Assembly: GCA_030770535.1 (NCBI GenBank)
Contig: JASVEC010000025.1
Coordinates: 434,001-498,000 of the forward strand
Direction of reading: 5' to 3'
DNA from: Batkoa obscura
Lineage: Eukaryota
DNA length: 64,000 bases
The notes under the pieces are model-generated. The model worked only from the letters and a program-made list of their open reading frames with translations. It made no database searches and was not told the origin of the DNA. Each line of letters opens with the position of its first letter. Positions within the stretch are counted from its first letter, which is position 1. A program made the position numbers and the translations under genes. This document shows positions 38,717-52,321 of this stretch, in pieces.

Positions 38717-39696
38717 TTAAAATTGATAAACTTTAACAAAATCAATATTAAAATTTTGTTTCCAAGATTTTGGATCATTATACTTATCAAATTTCCAACC
38801 AGGTCCAAAATAGTTACCTGCAATAGCCAAATCAATAATCATATACCATTCTTGATCAATAAATGGAATACCTAAAATAAATAAATAAATAAATAAATAA
38901 AATATATAATATAATACTTACCCATTCCATTATATTGATGAAAAGCAGTAGACCAATCTCTATTTAATTCTACATTATGAACATAATTATCATCTATAAA
39001 GAATTTAATATGATTTTTAGTATAATCAATACCAAATGTATGATAACCATCAAATAAGCCATTTTTCATATGAGGAGTAGTAAAATATTGATTATTAGGC
39101 CATTTACCACCATGATGTAATGTAAATTCTACTTTATCTTTTATATGACCTTTAGCTTCTAATATATCAATTTCACCACCTGTAGGCCAAGTGCCATATT
39201 TATCAGTGACTGGTAATAACCAGAAGGTAGGCCAAAGATAATTACCAATAGGAAGTTGGGCACGCATTTCAAATCTTCCATATCGAAAACCAGAATTTAT
39301 TTTACTATGAATTTTACCACTGATAATTGGTAATTGTAAATCTTTATTACATCCATTCGATAATTTACTAGAACATGATTCTCCTTCTTTTAATTTATAA
39401 TCACCATCTATATAATTGGGTATTATACTTAATGTACCTATAATAAAAATTAATTATTAATTCATTCTATTTAATTATTTCAATTTACCATTATTTAAAT
39501 TTAATACTTCTGGATGATCAACATAACATTGTTGCTCTAAATTACCCCCACCATCACAACTTACTTCCACATCCCATAAATCTCGATTAATTGTTCCACC
39601 TTCAAAGTTATCTTCAAATACTAATTTTAATCCATCAGGTAAGGAGGGAGATGATAAAACAGTGTTAATGAGATAAATATAAAATATAAAATGCAT
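38717..39696 (-). CDS. Secreted GH16 beta-1,3-glucanase-like protein; exons 39696-39489, 39437-38922, 38871-38717
   Basis: Signal peptide; FEDNF; GGGNLEQQCY; WPTFW; catalytic GEIDILE; C-terminal IDFVKVYQ. Confidence 0.92.
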
Positions 39697-40711
39697 TGTA
39701 TTGAAATTGATATTTAATATAATTTATAATTTAATGATTATGTGTATAATGAAAGTAATCAATAAAATAAACTAAAGATAAAATAAAATGAAATAATTAA
39801 TATAAAAAATTAAGTTGTTATAATAATAATCAAAATAATATAATATACCAACTCTTTTTTTTATTGTTATGATTTTCAATTGTTTATATATACTATTATC
39901 TCTTGTTTTATTCTCCGCATTTGATTCAAGTTGACATTTACTTTTTTTGGTGAAATATAAAAATTAGCTCGATTTTAATAACGTGGATTACTTACGATTA
40001 TGTATTTCTTAGATTTTGAATTAGTTAAAATTAACCAATTAATTAAGAAATATTTTCAATTTGAAATCATCCTATTGATTAATATTATTAGTTAACTACT
40101 TTAGTGAATTTGTTACTAAATTTCCATAAGTTTCTTCTAATTATTTTAAAATAGTCGTTACCATTTCTTTTAATACCGTTAATAAAAAAAGAAATTATAT
40201 GTTTTTATAATGGTTAATTTATTAATTCATTATTATAATTATTATATTTACTATTATTATTCATTAGTTATATATTTATTTCATATATCAATTATTATTT
40301 ATTGAAATTATTATATCATCTAAATTTACTATTATAATAATAACAATGATGATAAACTTTGATTTTTTTTGTTGTTGATAGATTTTTATATTAAAAATAA
40401 AGATATTAAACATTAATTGTAGATCAATAATAAACTTTAAATTAAAAAATAGAATAAAATTATTTATATTGTTTAATAACTTTTAAATGTTAAAATGACA
40501 AAACTAATAAATTTTTTTATTAAACTTGATATATTGTAATATTACATTTTTAAAAAAGGTATAGGTATTGTATTTATTTTTGTTAAATAATTTACAAATT
40601 ATTGAATTAAATGTTACAAATTAATATATATATAATAGAACATTAGTTATAATAAATAATAAATAATAAATAATAAATAATAAATAATATTATTTATAAA
40701 AATATTATTTA

Positions 40712-42073
40712 TTATTTACTATTCATTCTACTATTCCTTGCTGTTGAATTAGGTGAAAAATTGACATTAGTACCATCATTTTCACTCCAAATAAAATTGA
40801 AATTCGGTTGAATTGGTTCTAAAAATGGCTCACTCTTTTCCCTAATCCCTCTACTATTTCTCTTTGATCTTCTTTTTTTAACTTTAAACCAATAGACTAA
40901 TACACTTAACACTGATCCCATTAAAACAATACTTCCAATACTTAACCCTATTATTAAGGGTAAATTACTATTATCATTATTATTCAAAGTACTGTTTCCA
41001 TTAGTATTATTACTATAATCCCCTAAATAAGCTTTTGTATAAAAACTTTTTGGTGGAGGAATATACTCTTTTGCTGCCATAAAAGTATCTAAATTAACAA
41101 TTTGAACTTGAGGAGCTAAAGAGTCTTTTTCGCCTAGAAATTGGACCAATTGATTACCTATTAACCAAGCGGAATACGATGCACGAGCAAAATAATTGTT
41201 ACCATAAGTATCTAAACTTAACTCATATTCTCGCCATTCCCAAGTATCTAAATTCAATACCATCATATTATTATGCAATTTATAATTGAGATCCGATGAA
41301 TTAAGAGTATTACTACCACCTTGTATAATGATGTAATTTTTATACGAAATCGGAGTAAACTTAACACCTTTATAAATCTCACCATTGATAGTAGTTTGTA
41401 TATTCCATTGTAATTTATCAATATTAAAGACATAAATTTCACTTAAATCTCTTAAATTCCCACTTTCATCTATACCACCTAATATTATAAATTTCCCATT
41501 AGCTAATACACCTTGATGATATTCTAGTCTTTTTAATCTTGAATCGGATGGCATTGTATACCATTTTTGATCAGTCAAATTGAATTTCTTGTATTCATTT
41601 GTTAATTCATTAGTATCTAAAATACGTCCACCAAACATACAAAAATAACCGTTATGAGTGATCCAGGCAAAATTGTTTCTTATTGGTGGAGATAACATTT
41701 TATTGTTTTTAGTAATCCCCCCTGATTGTAAATCATAATATTGTAAGCCTTGAAGACCATAAACCCATAATTTATTACCATTTTGGCCTTCCCCAAAAAT
41801 GGCTGAGAAGGAAGCAGTAGTTGATGGTAGAGTACTAGTTTGTACAAGTGATGTGTCATTCAATTTGAAATCATATGTATTGAATTTTTGATTCAATTCA
41901 ATGATATATAAGCCATTGTTTTGTAAGTTGTTTTCTAATCCACCAGTAACATACATTTTTTCATTCATAATAGCACAACTGCTACCGGATATGATAGGAT
42001 CCGAAGCAAGCAGAAAAGTGAAGAGAAATAATGATAATAAGAGATAAAAATTCTTTGGATAAAAATAAAGCAT
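40712..42073 (-). CDS. Kelch-repeat single-pass membrane protein, 453 aa
   Basis: Paralogue of 36123..37733 (ISGSSCAIMN, FCMFGGR, FARASYSAW). Confidence 0.88.
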   Translation of the reverse strand: MLYFYPKNFYLLLSLFLFTFLLASDPIISGSSCAIMNEKMYVTGGLENNLQNNGLYIIELNQKFNTYDFKLNDTSLVQTSTLPSTTASFSAIFGEGQNGNKLWVYGLQGLQYYDLQSGGITKNNKMLSPPIRNNFAWITHNGYFCMFGGRILDTNELTNEYKKFNLTDQKWYTMPSDSRLKRLEYHQGVLANGKFIILGGIDESGNLRDLSEIYVFNIDKLQWNIQTTINGEIYKGVKFTPISYKNYIIIQGGSNTLNSSDLNYKLHNNMMVLNLDTWEWREYELSLDTYGNNYFARASYSAWLIGNQLVQFLGEKDSLAPQVQIVNLDTFMAAKEYIPPPKSFYTKAYLGDYSNNTNGNSTLNNNDNSNLPLIIGLSIGSIVLMGSVLSVLVYWFKVKKRRSKRNSRGIREKSEPFLEPIQPNFNFIWSENDGTNVNFSPNSTARNSRMNSK

Positions 42074-42533
42074 ACTTTTCTTTTTAATAAAATAAATTGT
42101 AATTTTATTAAATTATTAAGTTTTTTATTTATACTTTTATGTTTTCTATAAATTTTCTAAGACACAACCTTAACCCCATAAAATATGAATTTTTTGATTT
42201 ATTACAGTTCTAGATTTTTATTGCTTTTGTTTTATCCTCATTTCTTTATATTTTGGTTCAATTAGAGGCTATAAAAGCGTAGTTTTTTTAAAACACAACA
42301 GGCTGAAGATACAATAATCAAACAGCTGCTACAATTGTACTATGGGCTAATTAGCTTTGATTTTGAAGCCAAAATATTAGTCAAATTCTTCTGAAATCCC
42401 AAAATTAGGCTTTGAAAAAAGCAAATAGCGAATTGAGTAGCTTTAAAAATTATTTTAAATTAGGTCGCAATCCAGTTGCAACAGTTAACTTAAATCTCCC
42501 TGTTTTATACTTAATAGTTATACTTTTTTATCC

Positions 42534-42659
42534 TTTTATTTTTATTTTTATTTTTATTTTTATTTTTATTTTTATTTTTATTTTTATTTTTATTTTTATT
42601 TTTATTTTTATTTTTATTTTTATTTTTATTTTTATTTTTATTTTTATTTTTATTTTTAT
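42534..42659. repeat. (TTTTTA)n microsatellite, about 21 units
   Basis: Pure hexamer tract. Confidence 0.95.
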
Positions 42660-43058
42660 CTTCATTTCCATTTTTTTTAAAATATTATAATTACGGCAGT
42701 TTATTAAAACTTCTATTCCTTATTATAAAAAATGGATTATATTGCATTATGTTGATAAGTTTTTAAAATAGTTAAAATAGCTAAAGAGTCAATATTAATA
42801 ATTTCATTGTATCATGGATATTGAGACAAAAATAAATTCACCTTTTTGATATATTTATTTTGTGAAGTTATTAAGAATTTTACAATTCTATTTAAACTAA
42901 TTTAAAACTTAAACTTTATTATTTTATTATTTTATTATTTCAATAATAGTGTTTTTATTTAATAATTAATAATGTACTATTATTATTTTTTAACATTTTA
43001 TTTAATTATAAATTATAATATTGCAACTTTTAACTGTTATAAAAATAAAACTTATTAT

Positions 43059-45856
43059 GGGGGTGTCCGAATTGGTTTCATTTTTTTATCCAATTTTTAT
43101 ACTTTATTATAATTTATATTATAAGTTAGCGGAATTTCTATCAAATTTAATATAATTCCTGAATTAGCAAGGCTTTTACCAATATAGCCTATATAGTGAT
43201 GGTAATTAAAGTTGTAATATGGGATACGTAAATAAATATATATTTTTTATATAACTTTATTAAGAAATGTTTATTATTAACTGTTTTATAGTCAACATTG
43301 CAGATTTGCTATCAAATAAATAAATAATTTTAATGTTACAATTACATTATTAATATATCGCTAAGTTAATAAATAGCTGCATGGGAGGGAGTGGTTAGCC
43401 CCAAAACTATAATTAACCATCCCTATGTAACACAAGCAGTGTAATAATAGTTTTTACTTATTATTACAACTACTTGCTCTTTGACTATTTATTAACTTAG
43501 CTATCAATAATTTAAGTAATATCAACATTTAATAATTGATTTCTATCATCTAATAAGCTACTTACTTGCTTACTAAATATTGAAACTTTGAAATTTTCAG
43601 TTATTTTTGTAAGATAAGCTGGGGTTGATGTTTTAATTTTTCTATCCTCTGTAGACTCTATAACTTTAATTGGGATCATATCGCTTTTTTTTTATCTATC
43701 AGATACTGGATAACAGTGTAGTTTATTACCACCTTTAATAAAATGTAAATACTTTTTAATACCTTGTATTTTTATTATTTTTATTATTTTTATTATTTTT
43801 TTGCATCTTTGTTTCTTTCATATTTTTTGAAAATTATATTTGTTTTCCCATTATTGACAGTTGAGTTATTAATTCTATTATGTTCACAAATAAAAATCTC
43901 AAATTTTAAAATTAATTGATCAATATCTTCTATTTTACCTAATGCTTCAAAACTATTTTTCCACTGTGAAAGATTTCCAAAATGTCCGTCAACTATACTT
44001 TTTCGATGATGCTCAGCAAAAAAATTAAGATCAATATTTAAACTACTATTTATTTTATAAATTTCTTCAAACATATAATGTAAAAACTCTTGAGATTTAA
44101 AATGAGATTTAAAATGATATCCTGTATCTGCCCATATATTAATTTTTGTAAACTTTTTAAATAAAAGCTCTTTAGATATTAAATCAATTAAACAATCTCT
44201 TACATATGCTGAATCATGATTTAATATTTCAGATAAATAATCAAAATAAACTTTGCCTATTGTTTTATCATTTTTTAAATATAAAATGCCAAATCCTAAT
44301 ACTGATATAGCTTGTTTATTATAATGATCTAAGTTTATTGGATCTAGTCTTGTTCCTATTTCCATATTTTGTTTAAAGTCTAAAATTATTATACAACTTT
44401 TATTATTTAATTTTTAATAGTTTCATTAAGTATGTTTTTTGAGTATCAACATAAAATTCATGTAATTTATATAACCTTTTTTCTTTAAAAGATTTCTCTA
44501 TCTCTGGTTTATTTTCTGTCGCTGTATTTATTTTATTTTCAAATAACTTTTTTCTAACTGTATACTGGGCACATACACTACATAAATCTGTTTTTCTTGC
44601 TGGGTTTTTAAAATTATCTGGTATATATTTAAAAAAGGTTGGCCTAGCTACTGCTTTATCTTTTAAATCATTAAAATATTTACTGTATATCATTCTTCTA
44701 CTTTTATTTAATATATATATTATCTGACTAATATTTATTATCATTATTTTTTTTATTGAATCTTGATGAAATAGTTGAATTATCAAATATTGTATAATAA
44801 TCTCAATTTGCTCATCTTTGATTTTTTTTGTATTTTTGATAGTAGGTCGTAATGTTGGTATTTTATTATTATTAATTATTTTTGAATAATCATATTGATT
44901 TTTACTTATATTAAATCCAAAACTTTTACATTCATCAAAAGAATATACTGAAGCTATAGTTGATAATAATGCTACTTGTTGGTTTTTATTTCCTGTTTCC
45001 CTTAAAGCACTAATTTTATATATTTCTTGGTTAAATTTATTATTATTAATAGTAAGATTTAATAACTTTTCTTTTCTTTTTTTTATTTTATTATAAAATT
45101 CCATAAACTCTGGGTTATTGTTAATACAATAGTTGTTAAAATTGATGTAAGTGAATCACAATGTCTATATAATGTGCTCTCCCTACCGTATTAAAGTTTT
45201 TAGAAATTCCATTTCGAAGTTTAGTTATAAAAGCTTGCATTTTGTTTTTATTTTGATAAAAAATAAAGTCAAATAACTATATAATTATATACTATATATC
45301 TATTGAACATTTAATAAAAAGTACAAAACACTGTGGAATATCGTTTCACCAGCTCTATGATTGATTATCGCAGAATAATCACTTAACTTGTTTACAAAAC
45401 TAGTTGGTGTATAAAATAGGTTCTTCAACATAATAGCTTGAGGCTTTTTAATTGAATTGTTCCCTAACATTGTACTTTTAATAAAGCCCTAAGTCTTATA
45501 GTATTTTACATAGATTTTACAGTAGTATCTTCCATTTTATTTATCTTATATAGTTCGTAGCTTATTACGCATTATTCCTATTAATCTAAGTCTATCTTAG
45601 TTACATAAACTAAGGCCTTTTGACTTACGGCCAGTCAATTAAGCTAGAACTGCCTTTAACTCCAATCACTGAGTACTAACTTTGACAAACATATAATTAA
45701 AAAAATAAAATAAATAATAAGTCTTTTAAGTTAAATCTTTATATTTAGTTTTAAGCCTTTTAAATTTAGCTAATCATACATTAAAGACTTACAAATTTAA
45801 AACTTAAAATTTGGATTAATTTCTAGTCAAATTCTGAAACCAATTCGGGCACCCCC
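43059..45856 (-). mobile_element. 2.8-kb TIR DNA transposon with decayed DDD transposase, Sola-like
   Basis: 22-bp TIR GGGGGTG(T/C)CCGAATTGGTTTCA at both ends; flanks TTAT/ATAT; second copy at 14406. Confidence 0.88.
43793..45240 (-). pseudogene. Frameshifted transposase
   Basis: PARKTDLCSVC...H motif; ILDFKQN, IWADTGYHFKS and FFAEHHRKSIVDGHFG as candidate catalytic Asp motifs; frameshift near 44410; 12-bp duplication (HFKSHFKS). Confidence 0.8.
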
Positions 45857-46255
45857 ATATATCTGTTCAAAATTTCAAATATAAGAAGAAATTTAGATTT
45901 GATGATAAGAAATATTCTAATTTATGAATTTACAATATCAAATTAAATTTAGAACTTTTAACTTTGATATTTGTTAAACAAACACTTAACTCTATAATAC
46001 ATGTATAACTTTAAGCGTATTATAATCATATAGTCATTTAACTATCAACTTTTTACTGAATCTCAATATTTACTATTTAAAATAACTCAATCTAAATAAT
46101 AAAATCTAAACCTATTTAAAAAGAAAGAAAACTATTAATTTATTCGACATCCTGCTTTTCAATACCGGATTAAGCAGTTAATTATTATAATAAATAAGAT
46201 AGGCAAAATAATAATCTAATTAAAACTTCAAACTTTTAAAAAAAAAACATCATTT

Positions 46256-46355
46256 GGTGATGTATTTTCTTGTTTAAGAATTTTACCAACAATTTTTCCG
46301 CTCAAATAGCGCTTAAAAAATGGAAAAAGTGATGAAATCAAAAAAAAACATCCCC
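46256..46355 (+). mobile_element. MITE copy 11
   Basis: Full length; ATTT TSD on both sides. Confidence 0.92.
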
Positions 46356-46907
46356 ATTTACTACTTTAGAACTTAATTTAAAACTAATTCAAATAGTTTG
46401 CTGGTGTAAGTCTCTTGTGAATAACCTGTTTGATCTTATTTTTTTATAGATTCTATTATACTCTAACTTAACAAACATAGCAAACTTATATTTAAGGACA
46501 TTCTTTAAATTCAAGTTTTTAATTTATATTATTATTTTTATTACTTCTTTTTAATTGATTTCAATTAATTAGTTTTATTAATATATATATTACTTTTTTT
46601 TCATTAAACTTATACTTTAAATAATAATATTTTAATGATAATTTGATTTATTTTTATGCTTTTGACTATTAATTGAAAAGACAAGTTGTTTTATCAATAA
46701 AATAATCATTAAAATAATATTAAAAATAAGCAATAAAATAAAATAAAATAAAAATTAATAATTGCAAAGTTTTATCTTTAGTTGCATAAAAATTTATCAA
46801 TCAAATTTATATTTAATTGTTTTAGTCAGAATTTAAAATTGATGCTTTTTTTATAGCTTTATATAAAGCTTTAGTCTTAAAACAACATTTTTTTAAATAT
46901 TTTAAAT

Positions 46908-47371
46908 TGTGAAAGCTGGTACTCAGTAGTTGGAGTTAAAAGCAGCTTTTGCTTGATTAATTAGTCTTGAGTCGAATGGTCTTATTTTATGTAGCTAAGA
47001 TAGACTTAAATGAATAAGAATAATACTTAATAAGTTACGAACTATGTAAAACAAATAGAATAGAAGATACTACTGTAAAATCTACGTAAGATGTTGTCAG
47101 AAAGACTTAGTGGCTTTATTAATGGTGCGATGTCAGGGAGTAATTCAGTTAAAAAGCCTCGAGTTAGTATGTTGAAGGATCTCTTTTATACTCCAACAAG
47201 TATGGATATCAAAATGAGGGGATATTATTCTTTGCAATATGAAGTTAGAAATTCTCGCAGCAAATCAAAATAAGGGACTCTGAATTGATTGTGTTTGAAC
47301 TTGAGAACACAACAACTTAAGTGATTGTTGTGTTATAATCAATCCGAGAGCTAATAAAGCAATATTCCACA
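46908..47371 (+). repeat. Diverged inverted copy of 45333..45690 (interior of the transposon)
   Basis: Shared blocks such as GAAGATACTACTGTAAAATCTA, TAAAAAGCCTC and ATATTCCACA; roughly 100 bp extra in this copy. Confidence 0.8.
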
Positions 47372-47802
47372 AAGGTTAGTCCGAAAATGACTATAATAAA
47401 CATACCAGGAATTAGTTTCTGTGTATATTTAGGGTATTGCTAAATATAATATAAAAAACTAAGATCAAATCAATCACTATTCGACTTAGTTTTAATCACT
47501 TGAAAACCGGTCCATTTGGGCCGATTTTTGATAATAGTACTTGTTAATGGAACGCTTTAGGCTTCAGCCTTTTAAGAGCGAAAACAAATGCTTTTACCTT
47601 TAACCTTGAGTTTATGAATAATTATTAAAGTAGCAATAAAAATTAATGTAGATGTATTTAGCTTGATGTTTTATTAGCTATCAATATTAATGATAATGCT
47701 TTTTAGTAATTTTAAATGATTTCGAACATTATAAAATAATTTTAGTTTTAATTCTACCAACTTTTTGAAATATCATTTATTTAACAGAACTTAAATTACA
47801 AG

Positions 47803-49017
47803 CTATAAAGTTTTGAGGAATTTGTTAAAAGCTCTATCAAAAGTTTCTACATCGTCGATTATTGTACTAGTGGAACCATTTGAATCACCATACTTACTCT
47901 GATCGATTCGAGTAGAGAAAAGTTTAGACCTATTGGTATCTAATACAATTATAAGCTATATAAAGGTTAATAATTAGTTTACTTACAGAGTCTGTTTCAT
48001 CTATAAAGCTATTCCTATCAATAAACCTTAAGTATATTTTTGTAAATGTAGAATGGACAGTAGGATCGCAACAAAATCTAAGGAAGTTAAGAACTCCTAA
48101 CATCCCGGTGGTAATATATCCAAAAGAATCTACTCCTAGAGAGCAATACCAGTGAGACCATATACTAATTTGGTTAATACTAGCCCAATATGAGTCAGAA
48201 TCATAATTGATAGGTGAAGTAATTTAAAATACGAGATACGTCCTAAAACCCATGAGCTTCACACTATTTGTTGCCTCTATAGAACACCTTGGCCCACTAA
48301 ATAGTCTAGAATTCTCTATTATTTCCGTTTGTTTATTCAATTTAATGGAAACTAAAATCACAGCAGTTATTAAATAAAGCATACAAACAACCATAACTAA
48401 AAGATTAGTATAAAAATGGAACGTTCTAGCATAGCTTTCATCTGTTCTGATAAAGCATTTGCTAAATGTATTATATCCAAACATCCCTTTTGCTAAATAA
48501 AGGTTTCGTCAATATTAATGTGTATATATATACCAATAATATTATTATACCAAGCGGTGGGATAGTGATCGATAGAGTAAGTAAAATAGGTCCAATCCAA
48601 CGCCCTGCTCCACTTTTCTAAGTTATATTAATTCCATGTATAAAAACTAGTTACAAGTTAACTCCAATAGCTATATTGAGAAAGCAGTAAAATAAAGGAA
48701 AAAATAGCTTTTGGTAGCCAAGGAATGTACATGATGCGATCCTTCATGGTTATATAGTCGACTCCACAATGGATAAGAATGCAACCAAGTGTTATAACAG
48801 AAAATACCGGTTTGAAGCCTATGAGTTACTCTATCAGCTAGCTTACGATCATAGATTGCTATTTATTTTTAAGCAAAGTTTAATTTAAATATTTATTAAA
48901 ATTACATATTGCTATCATCGTTAGCACTGTTAATGAAGCAAAAGCAAGTGAGATTTGCAACAGTATTGGATAAATTGTTGTCCTGATTAGATTGTGAACA
49001 TAGGTAGCTGTATCTAT
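47803..49017 (-). pseudogene. Decayed multi-exon GPCR-like gene (cAMP-receptor/Git3-like)
   Basis: YDRKLADRVTHRLQ, CTFLGYQ..NIAIGVNL, ITIPPL, DPTVHS; in-frame stop and frameshifts. Confidence 0.7.
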
Positions 49018-49767
49018 GTTGTTTAATAAAACAAAGTAAAATAAATTGTCCTATACACTCATTTATATACTTTACCAAATACGCTATTTATCATCCTTTA
49101 ATTTACTTTTAATTTCCTTGCTTGGTTATATGTTTTATTAACACAGCTCATTTATAGTTCTAGTTAACTTGATAATTTTTTTAGCTGTAAGCAATAGCAT
49201 GTGGTGCACAATTTAACTGTTTTGTTTCAAGCTGTTGATACAAGTTATACTTATAGTATAAAGTGATTCAATAATATGTTTTTTACCAAGTTTCATATAA
49301 ATGGGTAGCTAGAAGAAGATACTTTTAGCACAAATTTATTAGACTTAAGTTACAGCACCATATAAAATTAATACTATCTATGTCGCTTTTTTGGTTTTTA
49401 TTAATATTTGAATGAATTACAAAGTAATAATTTTTTAAAATCTATATAGGCCAAATAAATTATTTTGCTTGATAATAGTTTTGAGTTTTCTAGTAGTGTA
49501 TTATCATACATTGATTGTACTTAATTTGTTGCCCAATATTTTGTATACACTATTTTTTTAATTCGTAATAACAGTGCTTCGGCTATGTACCTTTTATAGT
49601 TTGATTTTGTCAAGACATTCTAAAAAATTATACAAAGTTGACTTCTAATGAATCCTGAAATAAATATTAATACACCTAATATAATTTAAAAATAAATAAA
49701 GTGATCAAATATTTTAACTAGGTCAAAGATAAATCCTATAAAATTAATAAATTATTAATAAAAATAT

Positions 49768-49866
49768 GAGGATGTTTTTTTTGGCTTCATTATTTTTTCT
49801 ATCTTTCAAGCGCTATTTCAGCAGAAAGATTGTTAGTAAAATTCTTAAACATAAAAATACATTCCC
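49768..49866 (-). mobile_element. MITE copy 12
   Basis: Full length; ATAT TSD. Confidence 0.92.
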
Positions 49867-50479
49867 ATATATTGCACTTTAACAATTCATCAGTTTCCTT
49901 GCTTTAACCAAAGCAAACTTTTCCATTTATTTTATTCTGCTATAAAGCTTTTTGCATTAAACTTGAGCGTTTTCTACAAAACAACCAATCTTATAAGTTA
50001 AATTATATATTTTGTTAATAAACAACGCTTTTGAAACCATCAATAGTCTTTTTGACCATTAATTGTTTTTGAACAACACATGTACTTTATTCAACCTTAT
50101 TTTTGTACTTATTAATATTTAAATAAAAAATGTACAAAATATACAAAACATCAAAAGAAATATACCAATCTGCACGATTTTGTTGTGGCTATTTGGTCTA
50201 TTTGACTATTTTATTTAATTATATAAAATCTAAACAATATTATACTGCCACGTTGTTTTTTATCAACTCTAATGTTTCTTTTGTAATTGATTTTCATGAA
50301 ATTAAATTAAGAACAATACAGTTAAATTGTGGCGTCTTATATTAAAAAGATAAATTGGTTGTTAGTAGCCAGGCTAATTCAATCATAAACAGATATCAAT
50401 AACATTAAGGGATAAAAAAGTTATTGATACATATATAAGCACATGAATTTTATTAAATTATCTTGATTTTATTGCTTAT

Positions 50480-51640
50480 ATGGATCCAATAGATTATAGA
50501 AGATATACAGTTAAAATGGTTTATCCAACGCTCACAAAAGTGTCGTTAGTTTTAGCTGTTATGGTTATACTTATTATGATAATACTAAATAATTGTTACA
50601 AATTACAATATTTCAGTCTAATAGTTTAAAAACAGCAATACATGATCGTAAGTTGGTTGATAGACACACTCTTAGACTTCAAGCTGGTATCTCATATTAT
50701 GATATTTATACATTCCTTACCATATTGGATCCATCCTTATAACTCACCTAGGTCATCTTTATGCACATTTGTTGGTTATCAAATATCGATTTTTCCTTTA
50801 TTTTATAGCTTCTTTAACGTTTCTATTGGGATCAATTTGCAATTAATTTTCATACATAGAATTAATATAACGAGAAAGATTGAAGCAGGGTATTGATTTG
50901 GATATGTTTTACTTACTCTTTTAATTACTATTCCGCCGCTTGCAAGTGGGATGGTTGGGTATAGTAAATTCAATGGATATTCTATCGCAACATATGATGA
51001 GAATTATGCTAAATGTTTCATTTTTATACCAAAATATTAATTATGGCCATTTATATGATTTATTTATTTGTTATCATGGTTTCAATTATTGCAAAAATAC
51101 ATTGGGGACTAAATTCACTTAAAGAGCAAAATGTAGCAACAAATCCTAGTCAATCGAATCACCTGGAGCTATAAAAAATATTGAACCGCTTGTTTCAAGA
51201 ATATAAGATTCTATACAGATGTATATTTATATATTAAACAGAAATTTAGTGTACTATACCCTATAATTATGTTTATTTCTCATATCGGGCTGGTGATAAG
51301 CCAGTCAGATTTTGACCTTGCTAATAACACTTCTCCTGAGCTAGATACTCTTTCTTACATTACTAGAGGATTTTTGGGGACTCTAGCTTTTATTGGGTTT
51401 TTCCTTGACCCAAGTATACACCATGCGTTTAAAGTTGTATATTATAGAATTATAAAAAGCCAAGAGATTGAAAAAGATGAATTAGAGAAATTAAGTAAGC
51501 TTGTTTGCTTTTATTGATCAATACATTAATTTGACTTGGATTATAATGGCCGCTTTAAATTAAGCAAAACTACAAACGTCGATAGCGAAACTGAAGGTCA
51601 ACCACTTCTTCAATATTCTAAATTTATTAAAAGTATATAA
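50480..51640 (+). pseudogene. Decayed GPCR-like paralogue of 47803..49017
   Basis: HDRKLVDRHTLRLQ, LCTFVGYQ..NVSIGINLQLIF, ITIPPL, FFLDPSIHHA; TGA at 50894 and frameshifts. Confidence 0.72.
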
Positions 51641-51643
51641 TAT

Positions 51644-51740
51644 GGGGATGTATTTTTTGTTTAAGAATTTCACTAACAATCTTTCCACTCAAATAGCGCT
51701 CAAAAAATGGAAAAAATGATGAAACCAAAAAAACACCCCC
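51644..51740 (+). mobile_element. MITE copy 13
   Basis: Full length; ATAT TSD. Confidence 0.94.
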
Positions 51741-51902
51741 ATATATTTCATTTTACTCTTTGTCCATACCTTTATTTTTCCAGTTTATTGAATAGTACAA
51801 AACCTAAATTTAATTTAAAAAATAAAATAATTTTCGATAAACTATAATATTATTAAGTTTTATATTAAATATAAAAGAATCTTTAAAGGATAATTCAAAA
51901 AA

Positions 51903-51974
51903 CTCTCGAGCGGGGAATTGAACCCCGGTCTCCCGCGTGACAGGCGGGGATACTCACCACTATACTACCCGAGA
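51903..51974 (-). tRNA. tRNA-Asp(GTC)
   Basis: Acceptor TCTCGGG/CTCGAGA; anticodon loop CTGTCAC; T6 terminator immediately downstream. Confidence 0.95.
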
Positions 51975-52055
51975 TTGAAATATTATTCAAATTTAAATCT
52001 TTATTTTGTTAACTTTATTGGATTTAATAAATTGGAGAGGTACTAGCTAAGATAT

Positions 52056-52151
52056 GGGGATGTATTTTTGTGTTTAATTTTACTAACAATCTTTCCACTC
52101 AAATAGCGCTTAAAAAATGGAAAAAGTAATGAATCCAAAAAAAATACCTCC
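52056..52151 (+). mobile_element. MITE copy 14
   Basis: ATAT TSD; small internal deletion. Confidence 0.92.
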
Positions 52152-52321
52152 ATATACTAATATAGTAATATAGTAATATAGTAATATAGTATTCTTTTTA
52201 AAAACATTGATGAATAATAGTTTTTTAGATCTAAAATGAAAAGTCTTATATTATAAAGATATTTGTAGGTTAATGCCAACTATACTAATAATTTATAAAG
52301 TTCAATAACGAAAAAACATAT

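Noticed and set aside
42412..42690. ORF with poly-(Phe-Ile)
   Set aside because: Translation of the TTTTTA microsatellite
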